A DNA stretch of 64,000 bases from Paramecium tetraurelia (Eukaryota): contig CT867999.1 in assembly GCA_000165425.1 (NCBI GenBank), positions 124,001-188,000 of the forward strand, written 5' to 3'. Both the position numbers and the translations under genes were made by a program. The notes beneath the pieces are model-generated. The model worked only from the letters and a program-made list of their open reading frames with translations, ran no database searches and was not told the origin of the DNA. Positions 51,802 to 64,000 of this stretch are shown here, in pieces; the first letter of the stretch is position 1, and each line of letters begins with the position of its first letter.

Positions 51802-54148
51802 TCATTGACTTTTTGAGTAGAAGGAAACTTTTTATAGAAGATCCTCCTTAACTGATATTTAATGAACTATCAATATTGGAATACTTCTCTTTTTGTAGTT
51901 GTTTATCATTCAATACTTTACTAATTCCACTACTGACAGTCTAATCATGCGATTTGTAACTATCAACAATCGAATTCAATTAGCTGATCCCACTACTTAT
52001 TTGGCCTATTTGTTCAAAATCATTTTTAGATATTTATAATTTTGAAATAGAGGACTCTTTAGATTGGCATTACTCCTACAACTCAGCCTTCTCCTTTTTA
52101 CTAACCACAGATCCAATTATAGACTCATTTGATTAAGATTTGCTGATCATACTTATATTGCTGCTGATATTCTTTGAAACCTATTCATTAGCCAATGAAC
52201 CTATAGAGGAATCTATTGATTCTCCAAAATATAACTTAGACTTGTAGGTAGGTTTCAATTTTTATAGTTTTTTCACTTATTTGTCAAACTCTTACTTTTA
52301 ATCTTAAATAATTTATTAATAAATAATCTCTCTGTTAGATTCAGTAATTGGATAATTCTATTCAAGTTCTTTTTGTAATTCAATAAACAAAGAGCCATCC
52401 TCGTTAATATTCATATTGAAATTACTGTAATCGCTATCTACCATTCTTTATAATTTGTAATTATCTGGAATCGAGAAGTCTATACTCGAATTAGGAAGGG
52501 AAGGTTCTTGATACTTGGGATCCTTCTTAAATTTGATTTATTCAGATGGAGAAATGATAGAATCAATATCTGAATTGACATTTTAATTTTAATCTAAAAG
52601 TCTAACAGCTCCATCAATATCCATAACCTTACTGACAGAGATATTTGAATCAGTATTAAGTTGATTCAATTCTTAAGCCTCCTTAAGTGTTATTAAGTCA
52701 TGGATTTTGGAGTTGACAATCTCCATGCAATTCTCCAATTAATCAGCTTTAGGTTTATATTTCTGCAACAAATCCCTATATTTTAAATACATGCTTTCAT
52801 CTTTCATCAATTAAGAGACATTTGAATCTACTGATTGTACGAGGTTGGAACTCATAACAGAAAATAGAGGATCATTTTTTAATCGTTCAATTTCATCTTT
52901 ATCTAAGACCTTACTAATCTCTGATTCAGCATATCTCAGTCTCTCTGCATCTTTAATCCTCTCTTATTAAAGTTCAATTTCTAATCTCATTTATTGCAAT
53001 TGTTCTTCATAATTTTGTTTGATTCTATCTAATTCAGCTTAGTGTTACTCTTCAAGATCTTTAATTTTTTGTTCAGCTTCTTCAGTTTATCTTTCCTGAA
53101 CACCCAACTCTTTGAGTCGATGTTAGACTTGCTCCTCAACTATTTATGGCAACCTGAATTCATCATATAGACTTATTCCAATTCCAGCAATACCTGGGTA
53201 TAAGTGTTTCTTATTGGAAATGGATTCTTCTGTTTTATCAAGTTATTCTTGGAATTCTTCAATTTAATCTTCAATTATTTCACTAAGAACAGGTTATTTC
53301 TATTAATCAATGGCCTCATTAAGTTGTTTAATCTTTTGTTAGTACTATTTAATGATCTTTAGATATTCTTATTCTTTTTTGGCATCTATCTGGGACGAGG
53401 CCATTTATTTTTCTTCAGTTTTTTGTTTTTTAGGTTGTTCTTCATTAATAGATACCTCTGATTCATTCAATAGATCATCCATCATAGCAGCATAATCAGA
53501 TTAAAACTTTTTCTTTTTTTAATTTGATGATTTTTAAGAAACTTAAGACTATTGAATTTAGGAATTCTCTTATGCCTATGATTGCTACAATTGATTATTT
53601 TCTTCATCATACTCATCTAATTACTTTTGCATGTCATCCTGATCTACCTCGCTTTCTTTAGGTTAAACCTCTTCATCTTATGGTTATTCTTCATCCTATT
53701 ATTATTCTTCCTCTTATGGTTATTCTTCTTCCTTGTTATCCTAGATTTCTTATTCCTCCTGTTGCTCTTCGATTTCTTCTTTTTGCTTTTATTTTGCCTT
53801 TGGTTTTTCTTACTTCTTAATTTCTTTGGCTTTTGGTTTTTATTATTTTTTTAAATCAATGTCACTGCTTTGATCAAGTTATTCTTTGTCCTTAGATTCT
53901 TAGACATCATTTTTAGAATCTTTTTTGGCTTGCTTTTTGTTCTTCTTATTATTCTTTTGAGGGTCTTCCATTTCTTCGAATTCATCAACTTGGAATTCAT
54001 AATTTTGTAACTTAACAAAGTCACCCTCTTATTTGCTGGGGAGATTCTTGGCTTTTTCAATAATTTTCTTGATTTCCTCAGGTCTCACATTTTGAATTCC
54101 TTCCATCTTTTGATGGGGATTCACAACTGGAATAACATTGACACTCAT
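51802..54148 (-). CDS. Low-complexity E/Q/D-rich coiled-coil protein
   Basis: Long TGA-free frame from MSVNVIPVVNPHQK with an acidic repeat region at about 53600-53900. Confidence 0.65.
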
Positions 54149-54209
54149 TTATATATATATAAAAATTGATTTAAAATACGGAATTTTAGATAAATTAAAT
54201 TATTTTAAT

Positions 54210-56308
54210 ATGTCAGACAGAGTGACTAGAAAAGGAAAGAGTTAACCACAGAAGGAGGAACCAAAGCAAGCCAAGAAGTAGAAGGTGCAAAAGGAGAGTT
54301 ATGATGTGGTCCAATTGCAGGATATAGGTAAGGGAATGAATGATAAATGTTAGCTCATCAATTGAGGATACATTCAATTGAGATGACAATAGCATCTAAC
54401 TCTGGACATCCAACATCATGTGCATCTATGGCGGAAATCATGGCAGTGCTATTTTTCACGAAGGCAGGAATGCATTTTAATCCAAAGGATCCAGGAGTAC
54501 TTCATATTTCACTAATTTTAGAATTTCGGAAATGATAGATTCGTTCTTTCGAAAGGTCATGCAGCTCCAATTCTGTATGCTGCTTGGTCGATGGTTGGTT
54601 ATATTGATAAGGCAGAATTATTGAATTTGAGAAAGATCGATTCCCTTTTGGAAGGTCATCCAGTTCCAAAGTAAATGATGTTTGTATAAATATAATAGAT
54701 TGCCTTTTGTCGATGTAGCTACAGGATCCTTGGGATAGGGATTGTCAGTTGCAGGCGGTATGGCTTATTCATCAAAATTCTTGGACAAAATCGACAATAG
54801 ATACTGGGTGTTGATGGGAGATGGCGAGACTGCCGAGGGATCAGTGTGGGAAGCAGCTCATTTAGCAAGTCATTACAAATTGGACAACCTTACAGCAATC
54901 GTAGATGTAAATAGATTGGGACAATCTGAAGAGACCTCAATTGGACATGATACTAATGTTTATAAGAAGAGATGGGAGGCATTTGGATGGAAGACCATTG
55001 TGGTTGATGGACACAATTTGAATTCATTAACTGATGCTTTTGAATAAGTAAGTGATTCCAGAATATTGTTTCTAGTGTAGAAATGTGAAGAATTAACCAC
55101 AAGTTATAATTGCCAAAACATTCAAAGGCAAACATTTGGAAATGGAGAACAAAGAGGATTGGCATGGAAAACCAGTCCCATAAGCATAAGTGGACTTTGT
55201 CAAAAAACAAATGAAGTAATAAGATGGGTTCACACTCGCCCCAGAGGTCCCCACTTCAATAGACAGACCTTAATAAAGTCATTTCACAGTGGAAGTCAAT
55301 TATGCAGTTGATGGCAAGTAATCAACTAGAGAAGCATACGGAAAAGCTTTGGTGGGTTTGAGTAAATCAGATGCTAATTAACAAATTGTGGCAGTAGATG
55401 GAGACACCAAAAATTCAACATTCTCAATCAAATACAAAGAGGCAGTCCCAACCAATTTTGTAGAGTGTTTCATAGCTGAATAAAATATGGTCGGTTGGGC
55501 CTAAGGATTCAGTTGCAGAGGCAAAGTAGCATTCGCATCTACATTTGCTGCTTTCTTCGCAAGAGCCTTTGATCAAATAAGAATGGGAGGAATCAGTGAA
55601 TCTCAAGTCAAATATGTTGGATCACATGCTGGTGTTTCAATTGGAGAAGATGGACCCTCCTAAATGGGTTTAGAAGACATTGCCTTATTCAGAACCATCC
55701 CAAATTGCGTTGTCTTGTATCCCTCTGATGGAGTCTCTGCCGAAAGAGCCATTGAACTAGTTGCCAATCACAAGTCTGCTTGCTACGTCAGAATGAGCAG
55801 ACCCTCATTACCCATTTTGTATCCCAACAACGAAGTCTTCGAAATTGGAAAGTAAAATTCTATTTTGATTATCTCCATAGATCCAAAATCCTAAAGCAAA
55901 ATGATGATGACAAGATCTTGTTGATTGGTGGAGGTGTGACTACTCATGAAATATTCAAAGCAGCCAAATAATTGAGTGAATAAGACAAGGTACACGTCAC
56001 TGTTTTGGATCTATTCTCAGTTAAACCCCTTGATCATGATGGTATCCTTAATGCTGCCAACAAAACTGCTTTGAAGACCATTCTTGTAGTCGAAGATCAT
56101 TATAGTGAAGGAGGACTCTTTGGTATGCATCTAATATGTTATCTTACTAGAGGCTGTATCCTCTGCTTTGAGTTTGGACAAACAAATCAAGATACATTCC
56201 ATCCATGTAGACAAAGTGGCTAAGAGTGGTACTCCAGCATAAATGTTATCATTGTATCATTTGGATGCTGCAGGTATTATTGCTAAAGTCAAGTCAATTA
56301 TTTAATGA
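54210..56308 (+). CDS. TKT: Transketolase, animal-like subtype
   Basis: [85 protein letters not shown]. Confidence 0.95.
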
Positions 56309-56346
56309 CGAATCAAAACATCATAAATAACAACAAAATATACAAT

Positions 56347-57635
56347 TCAATTCAATTCAATTAACTAGTTAATAAATCCCTCATTAATACAAACCACCTC
56401 TCTGCATTCCCTTACGAATTCATATGCCTTCTCAAATCCCCAACTAAACTTCCTCATCAAATACATCACTATAAAGCATGCTGATCTCGACTTCCCCTAT
56501 GCACAATGCACAAATACCTATTTAATTATTATTTCCATATTACCTTCCCATTCTCCATCTATAATGCATTTTCTATAAACTGATACACATCTTCAAAGTA
56601 CTGTTTCACTTCAATGTGAGGTTCATCGTATATTTTAATGTTCAAATATTTCACTACTATATAGAACACCCTTATTCTTACATTGATCACAATAATTCTT
56701 GATCTCAATAGTCGCATTCACAACATGAGTTATCCCCAAAATGTCGACCAACATCTCTGTATCTTGTGCATGATCACCTCCTCCCAAATAAAGCTTATTC
56801 TCTATTATTTCATTCGGAAATGTCTTGTCCAAGAACCCTCTGTTTTTACTTATCTCGTAATTCAAAAACGAATGACTCCCAAAAACTATCTAAATCGGAT
56901 CCAACATTATAAACAACTGTCTGACTTTATCCTTGTGATAAATTTCATAGATCTTTAAAGCTGCTCCAAACAATTCTGAATTCATGTATAAACTTCCTTC
57001 TCCATGTCCAATGCATTTTGGCTAACTCACAGATCTCTATTTAATTTTTGGACCATTAGATATTGTTATCTCTTATTATTTAAATAAATAATCTTACCTT
57101 GTAATTCTATGACCTTCTTGCTAGAAGCTATAGTCTGATGTTTATTGAAATGGAGTATAGTTTATTAGGAATCTGTATCAACTAATTCATCATCATCATC
57201 TTACATAATCATCGTATTTGCTCTACTTCTGATTTTGTGTTTCTATTTGTATGGCAATTTCTTTGAAATCTCATGGCACCACTTTGCCACACTTTCCAAA
57301 GGGATACAAAACTAATCAGAAATTTCAGATCCTTCTCCCTTAATTCTATCCTTGAGTAATAAACTGAACATATCAGAAGTATCGAATGGAACAAAGAAAT
57401 TGTAATTTCTCTTTCTGGTTTGAAACAACTTTTCCAATTTCTTCTTCTCAGATTATTAATCAGGGTACTAAAAATGTTTTTACACATCCTCAACAGTCTC
57501 CACCTGGTGTATATTAGTAACATGAATACTATTTTTCAAAAAACCATGTTAATGTTCTCTTAAATCATACACGATAAAGGGATATTTTTGAGAGATGTTG
57601 AAGAAGTATTGAGGAGTGCAAAAATTTATTTGCAT
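56347..57635 (-). CDS. Dual-specificity phosphatase with a rhodanese-like N-terminus (MKP-like)
   Basis: FPNEIIENKLYLG, GITHVVNAT, VHCAQGKSRSA, INEGFINQL. Confidence 0.92.
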
Positions 57636-57695
57636 AAATTAATACATAATTAATCACGTTTCGTAGATTTATCGATCATAATTAATATTAGCTCC

Positions 57696-58965
57696 TCAAA
57701 CATTAATATCAAGTCTCAAATAGTTAATTAAGTATTTAGATACACATAAATAAATCAATCTGTGTTGAGTAGTCAAAAATTCATCACAACTGCAATTCAT
57801 TTGTTTAAATATCTCTACTGCCTCCCTACTGTTGATTCTCAAAGTAGGATCCTCTTGCAACATCCCTTACAATAGTCTCTAGATTGTTGAATTCTTAATT
57901 GTTGATAAGATCTCCTTGTTAAATTTGAATATCTTATTCGTATTTAACAATTCTTCGGAATCGGGATGTTATATTAAATATTCTCCAGAAAACCTATCTA
58001 TCTAAATAAATGTTTACAATTCATAAATCATAACTCCTAAACTAAACATATCTGATTTAAAATTGTAATTATGGTTCTTTTCAAATACTTCTGGAGCCAT
58101 ATATCCTGGAGTACCACACAATTAATCTGTATTGCAAACCTCCTCATTTATCGAGATCGTAAGTCCAAAATCTATCAGCTTCAACTTTCCAATGTTATTT
58201 TAAAAGAAAACTACATTTTATGGTTTAAAATCTCGATAAATAAATCCTTCTTAATGAAAATAATTAACTAGTGATAATAGTTACTAACTCATTTGAAATT
58301 ATACTTAAACAATAATCAGCTTCTCGTTCTCATCTAACTAATTCTTTTTTATCAGTCTTCTCAAGGTGTCCCCTTCAACAAGTTCCATTAAAATGTAAAA
58401 GTGCTTCTACTCGATATAGAATTCCTTAAGCTACACCATATTTGGATGTTTGAGATTCTGCATACAGAACACTTCATTCAAAAAGTCCTCGATAATAGAA
58501 AATTCTCTTACTTTATCATCGTACTTTCTACACTTCTTGATTGATTTGCAAGCCACCAACTTCCCATCATATTTGGATTAGCACTTAAAAACCTTAATTA
58601 TATGTTTAATTATACAGTTCCAAATGCTCCTGAACCAAGAAAGCCGATTATTTGATATAATTTAAAAATATTGTGATATCGCACCTTTCCATCAAGAAAT
58701 TACTTAAGCAAAGTTAAATTCTATTTATCCATGTAGAAGTATTCCCATTGACTTTCAATCTGAATGCCGAAGCCAATAATTCTACCATTCCTTTTATCTA
58801 GTTTCCAGTTCACTACAGAGTTTTCTTGTAATTTTAGAATATTCGTAATCTGGTTTTTAATCTTAAAATTTCAAAATACTATACATTTTATAAGACAACT
58901 TCATTGGAACGTAATTCGACAGTGAAGGATTCTTTAAAAATTAGATATTTTTTGTGGCAAATCAT
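57696..58965 (-). CDS. Ser/Thr kinase (CAMK-like) with an N-terminal PH-like region
   Basis: LGSGAFG, VACKSI, YRDFKPQNV, LIDFGL, CGTPGYMAPEV, SDMFSLG. Confidence 0.88.
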
Positions 58966-59337
58966 TGAAAGTTCAATATTAAAATTAAATAATTAACAAT
59001 CTAATATATTAATAACTACTTATCATTAGTCTCCTTATATAATATTTTTATAATTAAAAAGTACAATATTTATAAAATAATCAGGTCTAACATTTTGGTT
59101 AATCTGTGTTCCTATAATTGCATTCATGAGACTCCGAATCTTGGTGGTACACTAAAATCAGACTTAGAGGAGATTAATTAAAAAAATATGGCTAATATTT
59201 TTTCAACAAAAATTCTAATGCAAAGAGGAAGCAATTGACAAATCTAGTTGGGAGAGTTGGTCCAGAATGTTTATTTTATTCATTAAATAAAACCAAAAAC
59301 TAGAGTTTTAAATTGATTTGTAATAAATTTATAAAAA

Positions 59338-60762
59338 ATGTCTATATAAATGTATATTGTTTTAATATTTTAATTGGCATTAGCAGAATTATTTACAATA
59401 AAAAAAGAAGAGTTAAAGACCTTATTCGCGTTGCCTATTAATGGATAGGATTTCGAACTGCAAACAAACAATGATGAATGGAATGTATGTCAATTGTAGG
59501 AGCATTAATTAAAATTACAATATACTTAATACGATGGCAACAATAAAAGCAACTTGGCTATGTTATCACTTTCTTAGCACTCCGTTTTGGTGTTGACCGA
59601 TGATCGACAGATCAATTATTTCCAAGACCAAATCCTGTTTTGGCAATACGAGATTCCTTCAAGTGTAGACATTCAAAATGCCACAATGAGATATTGCTAA
59701 GTGACATATCTGGTCTATTTCATATCGAACCAAGTATATAGATTCAATCCTTATGATAAAAATTTCTAAGAATTCGAAATGTTCTTAAATTACCAACCTC
59801 AACAAATAGAAATATGTGATCAATATATATTTGTACTCAATTAGGGTTTACTTACTATTTATAGCAACAACGATCAAGTTTACGAAATTAAAATGAAGAA
59901 CTCGGACAACATTACCCATTTTGCTGTAATAAATAACAGCAACAAAAATGGATATAATATCTATATATTGGACAAGTAAACAGGATTGCAGAAGATTGAG
60001 TGGATTCTCACAACTCACACCATAACTCAGTTGGATTTAATACAGAATGGAGTGACTATGGGCATTTCTAATGAAAACAACATTTACGTAGCATATAGGA
60101 GATAATATAAATATATTATAGCTCAATATTAAATAATTGATTCGCAATTGCAGATCGTTAGGAAATTGCAGAGTAAGAAAAGCATCCAGAAAATCATAGC
60201 ATTAAAAGAGTACACGTTATTTCTCACAAGCAATAAAATAGATTTGCTTTACGAGAATAAAATATATAAGATCCTAAAATTTGGAATCAAGGACATTCAA
60301 ATCATTGGTAATAAGATTATGGGAATAAGCATTTTCGACATATTTTAGTATCAATTTGAGGCTGTTCCTAATTCTGTGTAATGTTTTTATCATCTAGATG
60401 AAGAGATTCCATACCCATTGGATTACTCATTAACTTTCAATGAAATAAACAAGACCATTCATAAGAAAAGGATAGAATTTTCAGTTGAATTATTCATTCA
60501 CAAATCCAACACAATGAAAATAGTCTTGGGTTTCCTTCTGAGTGGAATCCTATTAATGTTGATCTTATCATATACATTCTTGACTCTAAAGTAAAAGAAT
60601 CTCTTAATAAATGAAATGGAATCCAATCTCAAGAAATTCAAAGTCAAACAAGTGCCACTCTTTAAAAGTTTGGAATGTGTCATAAGTCCCAAGGGATAGC
60701 ACTCTAAACTCTAGAGTTTCGATCAAACATCAAATTTTGATTTAAATAAGGTGAGAAACTGA
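59338..60762 (+). CDS. Hypothetical type I membrane protein
   Basis: Signal peptide MYIVLIFQLALA, beta-rich ectodomain, TM IVLGFLLSGILLMLILSYTFL, short cytoplasmic tail. Confidence 0.65.
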
Positions 60763-60802
60763 AGTTATCTAATTATATCAAATAATATATTAAATAAATT
60801 AA

Positions 60803-62412
60803 TCAAGAGTTACAATCTACTCCAATTCTGATAAAGTGAAATCAGAAGTAATTAAATTTATTACTCTTTTAGGAATATTTAGTTAATTGAGATAACAATT
60901 CAATCTTAAATCTCCAAGATTATGAATCGTATAGTATTGTTTTAGTTTGGATACGCCTATGTCACTTGTTAAACCAATAAACTCTGTAACTTCAATTTCC
61001 ATTGTTTTGGGTAACGAATATAAACAATTGATTAAATCATCTTTGCATGATGATGGCAAGTATATAGAGTTGTAATAATTCTTTATTTCCTTCGGAGTGA
61101 TGATACGGTTTCTGTTTAAATCTATTTGTTGAAATAATATGAAAAGAATGTTAAATTGTTTTTAATCTAAAATTCTTAACAAGTAGTATCTGGCCATGAT
61201 TTTGTTGAAGCTATTATTTTGGTGCTTATCAAAATTGTATAATGGCTGTTGCAAAGACTGTATATAATCATTTACGTATGTATTCAGCCAAAGATTGGTT
61301 TTGCAATCACTTATTGTGTATCTAAGCAGAGGGTCAATGCAAATCATCCCAGAAAGCAATTGCTTCAAATCTTTATGATAATTGTTTAACATTTATTCGA
61401 TTTGCTATCTGCTTAAACTCTTGATCTTATTTGATATTTTCCGAGTTGAATTATCTTTAGAACTATCAATAAATGGATGTTCATTCATTAACAATTCCAA
61501 TGCAATAACTCCCAGAGCCCATACATCTCTTGCTTTGGATCTATTCCCAAGAGCAGAAAGACTCTCAGGTGACAAATACATCCAATTTTCAAGTGTTAGT
61601 TCTGAGACTTCATGCACTTGATTCAATTCTATTAATTTTAACACTCCAAATGGAGTCGAGTTGATCATCTTAAAACTATTCAATGTCAGAGCACTATGTC
61701 TCATGTCATTTTCGTGTAAATACTGAATCGATTCAATCATTTAATGAATAAGAATTGCTTTTTCTAATTCAGTTTTATTTTTTAATTAATGATCAACCCA
61801 GTATTCATAAATTACATAATAATCTTGATCATCAACCTAGATCTCTTACACACCAACGACGTTATCGTGCTCCTAAACAGTAAATCAGGATAAATACAAT
61901 GTTTTTTTCCTTCAACCACTTTATAAAGCTTTGGTCTTTCTCGTCATTCTTTCTCAACTATTAACAAATAGCTAATTACTGGTTCTAATTATTCTATACT
62001 ACACTCAAATTTGAATTGGCTACAATAACATTCTAAATTACACAATAAAAGTCCTATCACTTTATGATATTTTTATTTAAATGAATCTTTATGACTAACT
62101 TGCTTAGTATTGAGAATGGGAATCGCCCCTTTTCTCTTTGTTGATAAACCGATTCTACTTTTTGAGAGGGCCTTCCTTCTTTAAAAGGAATTATTAAGCG
62201 CAGCATCAGTGGACTTATCAGATATGTAAAACATTTACTTGTGAGGTTTTTACATTTATCATTCTTGTTTCACCTTATTTTTCAGAATCAAAAACCTCTT
62301 TCATGTACTTTTCTTGATAAAACTTTGTTTTTTAAAAGGTTTTTTCCAAATTCTTATTAACAGGGCTCTATTGTTTGTTAGCATTTTCTTTTTTTGATAA
62401 ACATACACCCAT
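60803..62412 (-). CDS. N-acylated kinase-fold pseudokinase (CDPK/CAMK-like)
   Basis: MGVCLSKK start; IQYLHENDMRHSAL (no HRD Asp), LKLIEL (no DFG), YLSPE, DVWALGVI, DPLLRYTI. Confidence 0.75.
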
Positions 62413-62592
62413 TGGTTTTCAAAACTATATATTTATTTAATTTTTTATAATAAACTTTAAGAAATTAGAAAACGTTAAAATATACCTTGATTGAAAAAGG
62501 TTGATCTTTTAATTTTTAAGAAATTTTGCCATAAATTAGTATAATTTATTTTTAATCAATTAAAATTTGATTAATTAAGACGCTAATCACTA

Positions 62593-63020
62593 ATGAATCA
62601 TTTACCTAATTTGATTGCCTTACATCAATCGAACTATCTTGAATGCATTGCTTATGTTTTGTCTGAAATCTAAGAGCAACAGAAAGCATGTTAAACTATT
62701 AATGCATTGAATTGTATAAATAAATTGAATGAGATTTGGATAGTTAAGAGTAGAAGCTATCTGAATGGCTGAAGGAATGATAGTATCATAATAGTGGTTT
62801 TCTGTTGCTTTTAAATCAAGATTCTCACTGAGAAAAAACCACTTTATTTTATTCTATAGATGGGAATTAGATTTTGATTTAGCAACTAAATAAGTGGCAG
62901 AAGAGGGTAGTTAATTTGAATGAGATGAAGTATTGAAGATTCAAATATTACATAGTTTGTAAAAATAGATTCTCGATTTTCATATTGTGGATTATCATTA
63001 TTAACATTGATGTTTAAATT
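62593..63020 (+). pseudogene. Possible decayed hypothetical gene
   Basis: MNHLPNLIALHQSNYLECIAYVL.. followed by frame breaks and TGA. Confidence 0.3.
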
Positions 63021-63178
63021 GAGTTAAATCGGCAAATCTAATTATAAGATAAGGGAAATCTATATAAGTGATTACTAAATTAGAGTAACAAGGATATCAT
63101 AAATTAATATTGAAAATAATGGATATCAATAAAACAATAAATGTAGTAGCTTAAAATGATAATTTACTATAACTATAA

Positions 63179-64000
63179 TCAATATATAGATTTTTTAAAT
63201 TTAGTAAAGTCGACTTGATACTTTTTAGGATTATTAGGACTTAATATCTACCTTATTTTTGATATTGTAGTCTTAATATCAAGTGGAGTTTGCCATTCTA
63301 ACTAACTGTCTTGAGTCTTTGTACTTGGTGTATGGAGACTTGGTTTAGAAGGATTATGAGAATTGAACTTCAAATTGTTTTGCTTAATTCGAAAGTTTGC
63401 AGGAGATTCTGGGATTCTGTTCTTTTGTTTTGAATTGAAGTTGGGACTGTAAATTCCCTAAGCTTTTTTAAGTGATGAAAGAGTGATTCTCTAAGTGTGT
63501 CTGAAATGGTTGACTGCTTTGGTAGATTGATTTGGGGTTTATTTGCCATATAATTCAAGACTCAATAGGGCTTATGGAGTTTTATTTTTTTATTCTTGAT
63601 CCTTCACAATGATGATGCTATCATAATTGATATCATAGTTGAGATGCCTCTCGGTGAGTTCTGTTTTATGTCGATGATTCATTAACGATAATATTTTTAT
63701 AATATGTTTGTCATTATATTTATGAGAGAAGCCTATAATATTCATAGTCCAATTTAAATTGCATGAAGAATTGAAATAACTTTCTAAATAGTTAAATTGA
63801 TATTATTACTTTTAAATGTCTTCTCCTTTGTACACAATGAATTCATGAGGAGTAATATCAAAGAAGCCTAATATCGCGACATTCTTTTGAGTTTATAAGA
63901 ATTTGATTTTTTAAACTAAAGCACTAATGCAACTCTTTTTCAGTTTGTATTAGACTATTGAATTGAATGCTAAATCATAGGGTTCGTCGCTTTCATGAAC
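63179..64000 (-). CDS. 3' part of a hypothetical protein that starts beyond the window
   Basis: Q/S/P-rich frame including the ORF-track segment 63370-63558; ends KKSIY-TGA. Confidence 0.55.

Noticed and set aside
53627..53854. Very hydrophobic F/L-rich ORF
   Set aside because: Antisense of an E/Q/K-rich low-complexity coding region
56344..56362. (aattc)n short tandem repeat
   Set aside because: Under four units, overlapping the phosphatase stop codon; not telomeric or CRISPR-like
59080..59320. Short coding-like segment (CIHETPNLGG)
   Set aside because: No consistent start or frame; cannot be supported as a gene

Overview
AT-rich eukaryotic DNA from a ciliate macronuclear genome, most consistent with Paramecium. 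Conserved genes read through TAA/TAG as Gln and end only at TGA. Introns are about 20-30 nt GT..AG, and intergenic spacers are often under 100 nt. The supplied standard-code ORF track therefore shows only exon fragments and antisense shadows. Re-translating by hand in the ciliate code gives about 35 genes. They include a RING-less Not4, an SF-assemblin, a RING/B-box/LRR protein, kinesin-7 and kinesin-9, a small Tim, ATP synthase subunit f, two NIMA kinases, actin, a methyltransferase, XRCC4, topoisomerase II, a Myb protein, a Pho80-type cyclin, Ssf1/PPAN, an FKBP-TPR protein, an ABCD transporter, transketolase, a dual-specificity phosphatase and a lipid-anchored pseudokinase. The most unusual part is 22.3-32.1 kb, where a direct duplication of about 1.6 kb brackets an insert of about 6 kb. 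Each copy carries the 3' end of a TPR gene, a secreted 'LPxH-DSWD' plus crystallin-like gene, and the 3' part of XRCC4. The insert encodes a large Cys-repeat multi-TM surface protein with two copies of the same DSWD domain. The two secreted paralogues differ mainly in one central segment. Several genes have 1-2 nt frameshifts, most likely assembly errors. All calls come from manual translation and motif recall, with no database search, so boundaries may be off by a few codons.
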